From Cyanophora paradoxa CCMP329 (taxonomy: Eukaryota > Plantae > Glaucophyta): a DNA stretch of 64,000 bases. Shown here piece after piece: positions 50,929-62,500 of this stretch. Below the pieces are notes generated by a model. The model did no database searches, had not been told where the DNA came from, and saw nothing but the letters and a program-made list of their open reading frames with translations. Every line of letters begins with the position of its first letter. Positions within the stretch are counted from its first letter, which is position 1. Location of the stretch: NCBI GenBank assembly GCA_004431415.1, contig QPMI01000542.1, positions 434,001 to 498,000 on the forward strand, given 5' to 3'. A program made the position numbers and the translations under genes.

Positions 50929-51184
50929 GATGGCCCGAGGCGGGGCGGGGACCGAGACGAGGTGGAGCGGGCAGCGCTGACGATCCAGCGGCACCTGCGG
51001 GGCTACCAGGTGCGGAAGAAGCACGGGTGGCGGCGGCGGCGGCCGGCGTCGATGAAGGAGGAGGAGGCCGCGGCGAGTTCGGCAATCGCCCCGGCCCGTC
51101 GTCCGCGGCTTCCTGATGCGTCCGCAGGCCGTGATCCAGAAGCAAGCATGGATCAAGGAGCACCATGAGCGGCTCGCCCGCTAG
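50929..51184 (+). pseudogene. IQ-motif-containing gene fragment
   Basis: Exon after CCCCGTCAG reads EVERAALTIQRHLRGYQVRKK (IQxxxRGxxxR); the next exon AVIQKQAW ends in a stop; no convincing 5' end. Confidence 0.5.
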
Positions 51185-51292
51185 CGCTGTGCCGCCGCAC
51201 CCCGACGGCCTCCTGACGGCCTCCTGGGGCCGTTCGGGGCCGGACCGCCCCCGTAAGAGCCTCGAGAGCGGCGGCTCTCCGATCAGCCGCGG

Positions 51293-53502
51293 CCGAGCAC
51301 CGCAAGTTTTTGCGGCACACCGCCGTCCTGCACGGCCGCGGTGCGCGCCGCGCCGCGCCACGCGCGCCGCCGCCGCTCCATCCGCCATCCAACGCGGACG
51401 CGGCCCACGCACTGCAGTCGAGGAGGTCATTCCCGGCACCGTCCGCGTCTCGGGCCGCGCCGAGCTCGTCCCGTACGATTTCCTGGCGAGCGGGGTTGGG
51501 CCCGCGCGTGCGTTCTTGCCGGCGCTAACCCTCTCTCTGGTGCCCAGGTCGTGGCGACGGGCGTGTCCTACAGCGGGTGGAAGGCAGAGGAGGCCACCGC
51601 AGACGTGCGGCCTTCCCGTCCCGCCGCCCTGCGCCGGCGCCGTCGTCCGACTCCTGCGCCGGGTACAGGAGCGCGTCGTGGCGCTGCGGGGCATGCGGGA
51701 CCGTCTGCGGAGCGCGCGGCGCGTGCTCATCGTCGGGGGCGGCCCCACGGGCGTCGAGGCGCGCGCTCCGCCCCCTCCCCGCGCCCCCTCGCGTCGCCCG
51801 CCCCCCGCGCGCCGCTCCGAACGCGACCGCAGGCGGCGGCGGAGATTCTGATGGCGGCGCCCAAGCGCGAGGTCACCCTCGTCCACAGCGGCCCCGCCCT
51901 CCTCGTGCGCCCCCGCGGCCCCGCCCCGCCCCGCCCGGCTCACCTGAGCCTGGGCCCGGGCAGGACGAGCTGGGGAGCGAGAAGATCTCGCGGCACGCGC
52001 ATGAGTTCCTCGCCCGCCACGGCGCCAACGTGCGCCGAGCACGCCCAACGTACCCCCCCGCTTCGTCTCTTGATCGCGTCTGCTCAGATACTTCTGAACG
52101 ACCGCGTGGAGGGCGTGAGCCCGGGCATCTTCTTCGGTACCCCGGCCCCCTCCCCGCCCCGCTGCGGCACCGCCTCACTCCGCGCCGCCGCCCCGCAGGC
52201 ACGGAGGAGCGCCGCACCAGGCGCGTCTGGGCCGCCGCTCGAGGTGGACGTCTAGACGGCTAGAGCCGGCCAGAGGGGACACCGCTCGCCTCCGCGGGCA
52301 CGTCCAGTGCTCTCCTATCCACTGCCTTCCTCGCCTTCAATCACGCGCGCCCGGCCCCCCGCTCGCAAATCTCTTAGCTCGAAGCTCAGCTCCTGCTCTC
52401 AAAGCTTAGCTCTTAGCTCTTATCTCTCAAATCTCCCGCTCGCAAAATCTCTCGGATCGAAGCTGAGCTCCGGGGCGGCAGGAGCGGCGCGGTGGTCGCC
52501 GCGGACGCGGCTCTGGTGGCGGTGGGCGGGGGCCGCCCCAACGCCGCCTTCCTCGCCCGCGCCTTCCTCACCGCCCTGGTACCCCCCTCTCCTTCCCCCC
52601 CCCCCTGCCCCTCCTCTCTCTTCTCGGCCCGCCGCCCCCTCCCGTCCCCCCTCGCCACCCCCCTCTCTCCCGAGTCCCCGACGGCCCCCCCGCAGGACGG
52701 CTCCGGCTTTGTGCGCGTCGACGCCACGCTCCGGGTACACCCCCGCCCCTCTTTGAAGCAACGTACCCCCTGTCCCTTAGCTCGCCCCCCCCTCCCCCCC
52801 CCCCCCCCCGCCCCCCCCCTTCAGGTGGTCGGCACGACGAACGTTTTCTCGGCGGGCGACGTGTGCACGGCCCCGGGCCGAAAGGCGCGCGCCGATCTGA
52901 TCTGATCCGATTTAGTCTGAGCCTCCGATCTGATCTGATCTGAGGCCCCGCCCCTGCAGGGCGCCTACGCGGCGGGGCTGCACGCGGCCGTCATCGCTGA
53001 GAACATCCGCCGCCTCGCAGTGAACCCCCAGGCGCGCCCGAGCGGCTCCAGATTCAGATTAAGCCCAAGTATAGAATTAAGTTGGCGCCGCGCCGCGCCT
53101 ACCCCCCCGTGACTCGGCCCCCGGCCCCCCCGCAGGCGAGCCTGAAGGAGTTCTCGCCCGCCCCGCCGATCTGCCTCGTCCGCCCCCGCCCCCGCCCCTC
53201 CCCCCCGCGCCCGCCAGCTCTGACGCTGGCGCACGCGCGGCTCAGGTGACGCTGGGGGCGGGGGACGGCGGGCTGGCGACGCCCTGGTTCGGCCTCACGG
53301 GCTGGCTCCCCAAGAAGATGAAGGCCGAGGACATGTTCGTGCCCCGCACGGTACGGTACCCCCCCGGCCCCGCCCCGCCCCGCCCCGCCTTCTTCTCTTC
53401 GAGCTGGAGAGGCCGGCCGCTGATCGGAGCGGGGTGGGGGCGCGCGCGCACGCGCAGAGGAGCGAGCTGGGGCTGGATCAGAAGGGCTGCGCCTGCCTGT
53501 AG
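51293..53502 (+). pseudogene. 5'-truncated paralogue of the AIFM2/FSP1-like gene
   Basis: Homology to 30412-32649 starts abruptly at CCGAGCACCGCAAG, mid exon 2. It lacks the first GxGxxG FAD motif. The remaining exons appear open with the same intron positions and end CACL*. Confidence 0.85.
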
Positions 53503-56500
53503 GCCCCCGCGACCGAGCTGCGGGTCTGGGGCCCGCCAGGACGAACGCATTAAGCTAAAGATTCTCATGATCGTGTAGCCCTAATTACAAATTCTAGATC
53601 CACGTGTGGTGGATCGTCTTTTTATCTTCTCTATTTTCTTAATTTCAAGTTTCAAGTCACAGAGTCACTGATTATGATCATGATCATGACGCGCGTACGC
53701 ACGGCGCCACGCGCGCAGCGCATGCGCATATGACGGCACCATCAGGCCCCTGAGGAGCGGCAAGATCAAATCGCACGTGCACGCATATGCATCGGGCATG
53801 CGCACCTGTACCCCAGCTCCTGCCTTTCCATCGATATATCGCCGCCCACGGCCGCGGGCCGGGGCCGCCGACCACGCGCGCGCAATGGGCTGCGGGGCTT
53901 CAGCCACAGCTGCGGACGCAACTCAGCAGACTCGGGGATCGCCCCCAACTAGTACTGCATGCGCATGCGCAGCAAGCTGCAGCCGACGCTACCTGAGGCG
54001 TCGAACAGCAATTGCAAGAATTAAAGCTATATAATTAAAAGCATCCCCGATAGCATATGCGCATGGGCCTCTCCCTTCTTTGAAGTCTCTTTTCGTTCGC
54101 GGGACCGCGACTGGGGACATCGCGCGCGGATGGGGGGAGCGGAATCCGAATCCTCGTGTGGGCCCGCGCGCGCCTGCGATCGCGAGGCTGGCAAGCTTCG
54201 CGAGCTCCACTGGGGCCAGATGGTGGAGGGCCACTGGAGCTCGAGGCTGCCGCGTCAGTGGCGCAGCTCCGAGGCTCGCGGGGCTCTGCGGCCCTGCGGG
54301 CTCCTGCGCGAGCTCGAGGCGCTGGCCCCGGCGCCCGGCGGCCGCATGCGCAGGCAGACGAGTTCGACGCTGTCACGTCAACGGAGCAGTGCGACTAGGG
54401 ATCGACCGGATAACGTATGTCGGAACTGTCGGAACTCGAGCCACCGACGTCGACATCGACAATGTACATGGATGTCGACGTCGACGTCGGTGCGATTCGA
54501 CAGAGGGGGGGGTAGGGCACCGTAGGGGTCATCCAGTCTACTCCAGCACTGTGGGGGCGTGTACAGGCAATCAGACTTGGGTACCTTAGTTGCTTGCAAC
54601 TAAGGACCCAGGTCTTCTATGTTCACGTGTATGGTGGTGGTTCATTCCCCCCCTAAGTTCCAGGGTGTTGGATTCGAACCCGAGACCCAACCCGTCAAAC
54701 ACGTTTCCTGAGCAATCCAGCAACCGCGCTCTCTTGCTTCCATCGACAAAAGTGAGCTCCAAAGCCGCGCGCGTCCGTAGAGCTTGCAAACGCGACCGCA
54801 GGTAGCCTGGTTGCCGAGATCGTGCAGCCTCTAAAGTTCCTATACAAACACGCAATTGTGTTTTCCAGGCAATCCAGCGACCGCGCCGGATTGCTTCCTT
54901 AGAGGAAAAGACGCTATGCAGCTAAGCGCATCGATATCCATTTTAGAAGCTAGCGCGATGGCAGGTAGCCTGGTTGCCAAGATCGCAAAGTTCCCATACA
55001 AACATGCAATCGTCTCCTGCTCCTCAGGGAGCGCGCGCGCGGTTCCGGTTTTCAAACCAGTTACAGGGTGCATCGAAACGGGCACGATGGCATGCTCAGC
55101 AGCATGGCGTTGAGGTGCGATCCATTCTTTGATCCCGGAGGTGGCCGTAGCCGTCACCAGGAAACATGTACCCCAATGTCGGCGCAGTGCGCACTCACGC
55201 AACCGTGCTCTCTGAAACCCAAGTCTGTACTGCCCCCCGGGGGCAGGAATAGTTATTGCAAGGTAGGGCATGATCGTATGATATTCTGGAACGGGCGGGA
55301 TTCGAAGGCGTGATTCTCATCGCAGGGCGATTCGAACACGGGAGGCATGAATCAGACAGCGTGTATGATAACCACACCGCAGCTCGCCACATTCCCCGGG
55401 ATTTCCCCCCCTTAAGAGACCATAGATTCATAGAAGCGTGGGTTCTATGTGAGGCTTTGTGAGCGACGGCGCCCGGGCGCCGACGGGCCGCCGACGGCAG
55501 CTAGCTGCAGGGAGGGGCGCTGTACATGTTCGAATGAACATGCATATGTACATGAACGTCAGCGAACAGCCTATAGGCTATAGCTAGGCCTTTTCCGAAG
55601 TACTAGTTCACTGAACTGAACATGAACTTCGGAGCGAACACGCGCGAACAAAGAATTTTCGGAAGTTCGCAAAGAAAGAATTTTCCGACCATAGTAATTA
55701 CTAAGTTAGTTCGGTCTCAAATTAGTGCGTTTTTTCGTTTTCAGTGTATGGGACGGGGGGTACTTCCTGTACCCCTACAGTAGTTTCTTCGAGCGCTTTA
55801 ATTAATGCGGTCCGGTCTCAAATTAGTGTGTTTTCCGCATATGAGAACACACCGTATACGTAGTGTGTCTCAAAATTAGTGTGTTTTCCGCGGATCTGTC
55901 AGTGCGCGTATGATTCCGCATATGAGAACACACTTCGGGCGGGCCGCCGCCGGCGGCGCGCGCCGGCGCCCGCGCGCGGGCCGCGCGCGCCGCGCGGCGG
56001 CGCCGGGCCGGAGACTGGCCCGGAGTCCGCGGCCGGGCTGTACACAGTACACATGTCCGCCGCTCATGATCAGGAATCGCGATTCGCGACTCGCGAGTCA
56101 TTCGCGAGCTCGCCGAGCTCGAGTCGCGACTCGAGCTCAGCGGCTCGCGAGCCCGGAGCCCGGCCTCGGATCCGGGGATTCCCGGACTCCGGGACTCCCG
56201 GACGGGACCCGGCCGGTCACCCGGAGTCCGCCGCGGCGGCCGCGCGCCGCGGCCGGGCGGCCCGGGCCCGGAGTCCCCGGACTCCCGGATCGGACTGGGA
56301 GTCTGGGACTGCACTGCGCCAGTTGACCCATGGCCAGCCCTAGGGCCTAGACTGCAGCGCGCATCCGATCGCGATGATCATCGCCGAGTCGGCCGCATGA
56401 CTGAGTGATCATCGGATCGGCGATTCCGGTCCGACGCGTACGGTCCTTCAGACACTGCAGATCTAGAGTCGCCCGCATCTTGCAGCGTGCACTGCCGCGG

Positions 56501-56576
56501 CAGTGCCGCCTGTTCTCAGCGAGCTCTCGGCAGTGAGTCGGCACACACTCCTGAAGCACGTCGGTCCGACGGTCAA

Positions 56577-59500
56577 ATGGGCTGCGGGGCGTCAGCACCT
56601 GAACCGACTACAGCTCGTTCTCTGAACCCTACAGCATCTGCGGCACCTGCGCCCCCGCAGCCGGCATCTGCGGCACGTTCGCCCCCGCAGGCGGCATCTG
56701 CGGCACCTGCGCCCCCGCAGGCAGAATCTGCGGCACCTGCGCCCCCAGGCCCGCAGGCGGCATCTGCGGCACCTGCGCCACCGCAGGCAGATCAAGAATC
56801 TGCGGCACCTGCGCCCCCGCAGGCAGAATCTGCGGCACCTGCAGCTGCGCCCCCGGGCCCGCAGGCGGCATCTGCGGCACCTGCGCCACCGCAGGCAGAT
56901 CTAGAATCTGCGGCACCTGCGCCCCCGCAGGCAGAATCTGCGGCACCTGCGCCCCCGCAGTCAGAATCTGCGGCATCTGCGCCCCCGCAGCAGCAGGCAT
57001 CAGCCACGGCGGCCGCGGCACCTGTAGCTGCAGCTGTACATGTCAGGCCAACAGCTTCAGCCACACATGCATATGCCGACGTCGCAGCTGCGCCGACGGC
57101 GTCGAACGCGACGTCCGCAGCGGAAGTTCCTCACCGGTACGACATCTTCATCTCGCACAAGCAGTCCTCTGGTGAAGATCTCGCCCGCATCTTCAAGACG
57201 ACGGTGCGAGCAGGGCCTGCGCGGGCTAGCCAAGCGCTCGCTGCACAGAACTGACGGGGCCGCCGGCGTGCGCAGGCGGAGAAGGTGACGGGGGAGCTCG
57301 GCATCGAGCTGCGCATCTTCCTCGACCGCGACGACCTCAACGACATCCAGGACCTCAGCGCCAACATCCGCGCCTCCCGCAGCGTCCTCCTCCTCCTCAC
57401 CAAGGGTCCGTTCCCCCCCCCCCCCCCCCCCCCCCCCCCTCGCGATCGATCCGCCGCTAAACGCTTGGGCTGCTCATCGTTAATCCTCCCTCTCATCGCG
57501 CCGCTTCATTCCGAGCCCGCCTCGTGCATGTGCTCAGTACGCTCGCGCCGTGCAGACGTGTTCCGCAGCAAGTTCGTGCTGCAGGAGCTGAAGGCGGCGG
57601 ACGAGGCCGCCGTGAAGATAGTCACCGTCTGGAACCGCGAGGGCGCTAACGGCGTACCCGAGTTCCCCTTCGGTCTGCCCCCTCCCCCCCCCCCCTCTCT
57701 CCGCCCCGTCTTCCCCTCCCCTCCCCGAACGCGTCCCACCTGCCCCTCTTCCCTCCCTCCGAGCCCCCCCCCACCCCCCCCCCCACCCCTCCCTCCTCAC
57801 CTTTATCATGATTTCTTTTACCAATTTTTCGACCCTTGATCATGATCAATGTTTACCTGCACTTTCCTCTACCGCCCCCCCCCCCGCCCCCCTTCCTTCG
57901 GGCGCTCTAGATCTCCTGTCCCCCTCCTTCCCACCATTCCCCCCATCCCCCCCCCGCCCCCCCCCCCCCCCCCCCCGTGCCCTTTCTCCTCCCACTCTTC
58001 CTCCTCCTGTAGATCTTGACCCTTGATTCTACGTATACGGCCTTTGACACCCATGACATTTATATGATTAGCCTTCCTTCGGCCCTGTTCTGACGCAGCG
58101 ATCACGAGCGCAGCGGCGACGGTCGAACTGCCGCCCTCCACGGAGCTCGGCGCGGTGGGCCTCGACGAGGAGGCGGCGCGGGCGCTGCTCGGCCGCGTCC
58201 TCAAGGTCAAGGCCGAGACGTACTACCGCGACGGAGAGCACCACCGCATCTGCATCGAGGAGGCCCTCGAGCGCTGCGGCGTCGAAGTGCGCAGCGCCGC
58301 CGCCGCCGGCTCCGGGCCCGTCCACACCGCCGTCCGCAAGGTCCGCTCCCAAGTCGTGCAGGGCGCGCGGCATTTCTCAGGATCCTCGCCCTTAATCCGC
58401 TCGCGATCGCGATCGCGCAGTACGCAAAGGCGGAGGTGGGGAACACGGAAGCGACGGAGGCGCTGGCGCTGTACGTGCACCCGAAGGCGACGACGGACGC
58501 CGCCCGCCGCAACGTCGTCGACCTCGCCGGCCACGTTGTCGCCTTCCTCCGCCGCCACATGCCCGTGCCAGAGGGGTCCGCGGCCAGCCGCACGGCCGCG
58601 CCAGCTGCCCCCGCCGCCGCCGGTGGCGCCCGCGTGCTGCTCATCGCGGGCGAGCCCGGCTCCAGCAAGTCGACCTTCCTCGCGCACCTGCATCGCCGCG
58701 CCTGCGAGCAGTGGGCCGGGGCGGACGGCCGCCCGCCCGCCGGCGACGACCGGCTGCCGGTCACGTGCCTCTTGCGCCTCTCGAACCTCACGCGGGAGCG
58801 GGCGGCGAGCGGGCTGCGGGCGGAGGTGGCCGACGCCCTCAGCTTGCCCGAGGCCGACCTCCCTGCCCTGCGCGAGAGGCGTGCCGCTGCCCGCCACCGC
58901 CGCCCCGCCCACCATTCCTCACTGCCCCCCCTCGTGCACAGCCGCGGGCTGGTGCTTCTGCTGGACGCGTACGACGAGCTGGAGACGGGGGCCGGCCGCC
59001 CGCCGGCCCTCTGGAGCCGCAACGAGCTCGGCAAGTGGGCCTCCGCCGTCGTCGTCACGTGCCGCTCGGCGTACCTCGCCGCCCAGCCCGACTACCCCGT
59101 GCGCCGCTCCTCGCGATCGGCCCTCCGCAGCCTCGCCCGCCCGCCCCGGTGCGCCCTGCGACCGCCCCGCAGTCGCTGTTCGCGCCGGCTGGCGATCGCG
59201 GCGCGCTTGAGGAGGTCTGCACCCACCCCTTCGATGCCGGACAGGTGCCCGCCCTTCCGACAGCGGCTGTTCAGGCCCCGTGCTGACCGCCGCGGGCCGT
59301 CCTTCAGGTGGAGGACTACATTCGCAAGTACACCGGCCTGTACGGGCCAAGTGCCCCCGAAGGGTTGCGGGACCGGGACTGCACGTGGACGGCGGAGGAG
59401 TACGCGGCGCGCATTGCCCAGGTCCCCGGCACCGCGACGCTCATCGAGAACCCCTTCACGCTCACGTGCGTCCGATCCGATTATTTGTGCCGACTCGCGT

Positions 59501-62500
59501 CTGATAATTGCAATTGCCGTCGCCTCGGGCGCGCAGAATGGTCGTGAAATCGCTGCCGAAGATACTGAAGAGCCGGTGAGCCCCGCTTTTCGCGCGTCAA
59601 CGCGCCAGTTGTCGATGTCTCACTTTTACATTCCGCAGCGAGGCGGCTCACGATCATTTGGAGAAACCGACAGCCAAGGCCGCCGCAACGTACCTCCTGA
59701 CGATTCGCGAGCTCTACCAGCAGTTCGTCGAGGCGCGCGGGGGCGCTGCGCATGCCGCCCCGTTGCAATTGGTTATGGGCCGCTAGGCGATTGGTGGCTG
59801 ACTGCGTTCGCGGGCAGCTGTGGTTCACGCGGCAGTGGGAGAAGTCGACGTTGACGGCAGCGGGGGCGGCCAAGGAGCTCGAGACGGGTACGGGCTGATG
59901 TGTCTTTTCCAAGACCCATGAACAGCTGTAGTCTGCACGATCGCACTTTCATGATCCCCAAATCACCTTTCACCAATCGCTATATATTTCAAGCAATGAT
60001 ATCTTTGATCTCGTGATCTGATGCTTATAGTTATACGTAACGCTGTCGCCAGGCGACCTGAAGGATTGGACGCTGAGCGACTTCCAGGAGAATACCCGCG
60101 GATACTGCAAATTGCTGGCCGACGCCATGTTTCGAGTGAGGCTTCCGCCCTCTAGATCTGCAGCGTTCGCCGCTGACGCCAGGGACTGTGCAGGCGGCCA
60201 TCTCCGAAGTGCTCTGCCCTCCGAAGAAGGCGAAGGTCGCTCAGTTCCTTCTTCGCGGCGCGAAGGCGGCGGATGTGACGGCGACGGCGGCCGCGCCGGC
60301 CGAGGGCGCGCAGAGCGCCGACCTCAGGCTCTGCATCGAGCTCCTCACGGACACGTCGGACCCCGTCCTCGCCTTCTGCCGCGACAACTGCCCCCTGCGC
60401 GTCGCCCGGGCGGCCGACGGCGGCACGGCCGTCCGCTTCCTCCACAAGGCCCGCCCGCTTTACGGCGCCGTCCCTCGCCCTGACGTCTGCGACAGACGCT
60501 CCTGGAGTACTTTGTTGCAGAGGGGGCGTACGCCGACGGCGCCAACGCGTTCCGATCAGTGCGTGCAGCTCGCCACTCCCGCCAATTCACGACCCAAAAG
60601 TGTGCTTTCTCCGCTTTATAAAATTACAGGCGATTGAGAGCGAGGCGGCCCCGCAAGAGGAGCTCGCCCGGCTGCGCGTGAAGCTGCGGGCCCTGCGCCG
60701 CGTGCAGAGCATCGCCGACGGCAGCGCCGCCGTCACGCGGGCGGACCCCAGCCTCCTCCACCTGCGGTGAAGCATTCACACGTTTCGCGTTCCTGCCTGG
60801 CATTCACACGTGTTGGCGTTGCTTGGACCAGGTTGCTGACAAAGGAGCCGAAGATCCTCCAGTTCCTCGCTGACTGCTGTACGGCTGACGTCGACTACCG
60901 TAACGTGCGCTGCAGCTGTGCCTGAACACATTAATTGCTTGCCTCGAAATCGGAGTCCGGCGCAGAAACTGCTGGATCTGATGGAAAGGAGCCGCCACGA
61001 TGACGCCACGCCGGGAGACATCATCGCCTCGGCCAACGCTATGACGATCCTGAACCGCGGTGCGGTCCACCTGCTCGCGATCGCGACGCTGTTGACACTG
61101 TGCGCACTGCGGCAGCTGGCTACAGCTTTGCGGGCAGCAGCCTCCGACGCGTGCGGGTGCCCGGGGCCGACCTGCAGCGGCTGGAGGCGGCGGGCGCGGA
61201 CCTGCGCGGGGCGGACCTCACGGGCTGCAACCTTCTCGACGCGAACCTCGCCGGGGCGGACCTCCGCGGGGCCGTGCTCACCGACTGCAGCGTCACCCTC
61301 AACCCGGCGCTCTGGGGGCATGAAGATCGTGTGCGGGCTGTCGCCATAACTCGGGTGCGCTGCTCAGTAGATGATGATGAGCGGGTGCCTGTGGCTGATT
61401 TTCGGCCACAGGACGGGAAGCGCGCCGTGTCGGGGGGCGACGACAAGACGCTGCGGGTGTGGGACCTGGAGAGCGGGGCGGAGCTGCGGTGCCTCGTGGG
61501 CCTCGAGTACATGGTCACCTCGGTGGCGATCTCGCCGGTGCACTGGGGGCGGGGCCAAAATTCCGGGCCAGAGGCCGATCGTGGGTGCCTCGGGGGCCTC
61601 TCGGCGGGCCGCAGGACGGGAAGCGCGCCGTGTTTGGGAGCTTGCACAGGAAGCTGCGGGTGTGGGACCTGGAGAGCGGGGCGGAGCCGCAGTGCCTCGA
61701 CCACTGGGGCCACGAGGGCGTGGTCCGCTCGGTGGCAATCTCGCCGGTGTGCTGGGGAGCGGGCCAGGGCTCGGGGCCCGAGGCTGATCGCGGGGGCCTC
61801 GGGGGCCTCTCGGCGGGCCGCAGGACGGGAAGCGCGCCGTGTCGGGGAGCGACGACAAGACGCTGCGGGTGTGGGACCTGGAGAGCGGGGCGGAGCTGCG
61901 GTGCCTCGCGGGCCACAAGAGTGAGGTCACCTCGGTGGCGATCTCGCCGGTGCGCGGGCGGCGGGCCGGGGTCGGGCCCTGAGGCTTACCATGGGGCCTC
62001 GGGGGTCTCTCGGCGGGCTGCAGGACGGGAAGCGTGCCGTGTCGGGGAGCAGCGACAAGACGCTGCGGGTGTGGGACCTGGAGAGCGGGGTGGAGCTGCG
62101 GCGCCTCGCGGGCCACGAGAACATGGTCACCTCGGTGGCGATCTCTCCGGTGCGTGGGGGGCGGGCCTGGGCTCGGGGTCTGAGGCTGATCGGAGGGGCC
62201 TCGGGGGCCTCTCGGGGGGCCGCAGGACGGGAAGCGCGCCGTGTCGGGGAGCTGGGACAAGACGCTGCGGGTGTGGGACCTGGAGAGCGGGGTGGAGCTG
62301 CGGCGCCTCGCGGGCCACGAGGGCGCGGGCATGATCACCTCCGTGGCGATCTCGCCGGTGCACAGGCCCTGAGGGGGCGGGGCCGGGGCTCGAAGCCCGA
62401 CGCTGATCGCGGGGGCCTTGGGGCCCCCTGGGCGGGCCGCAGGACGGGAAGCGCGCCGTTTCGGGGAGTGGAGACGACACGCTGCGGATGTGGGACCTGG

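Noticed and set aside
54700-55030. Diverged ~155-bp duplication, possibly a decayed coding repeat
   Set aside because: The frames examined contain stops and no recognisable family motif.
55700-55935. Possible DNA-transposon end (TACAGTAG, repeated TCTCAAATTAGTG)
   Set aside because: No matching opposite TIR or TSD was found.
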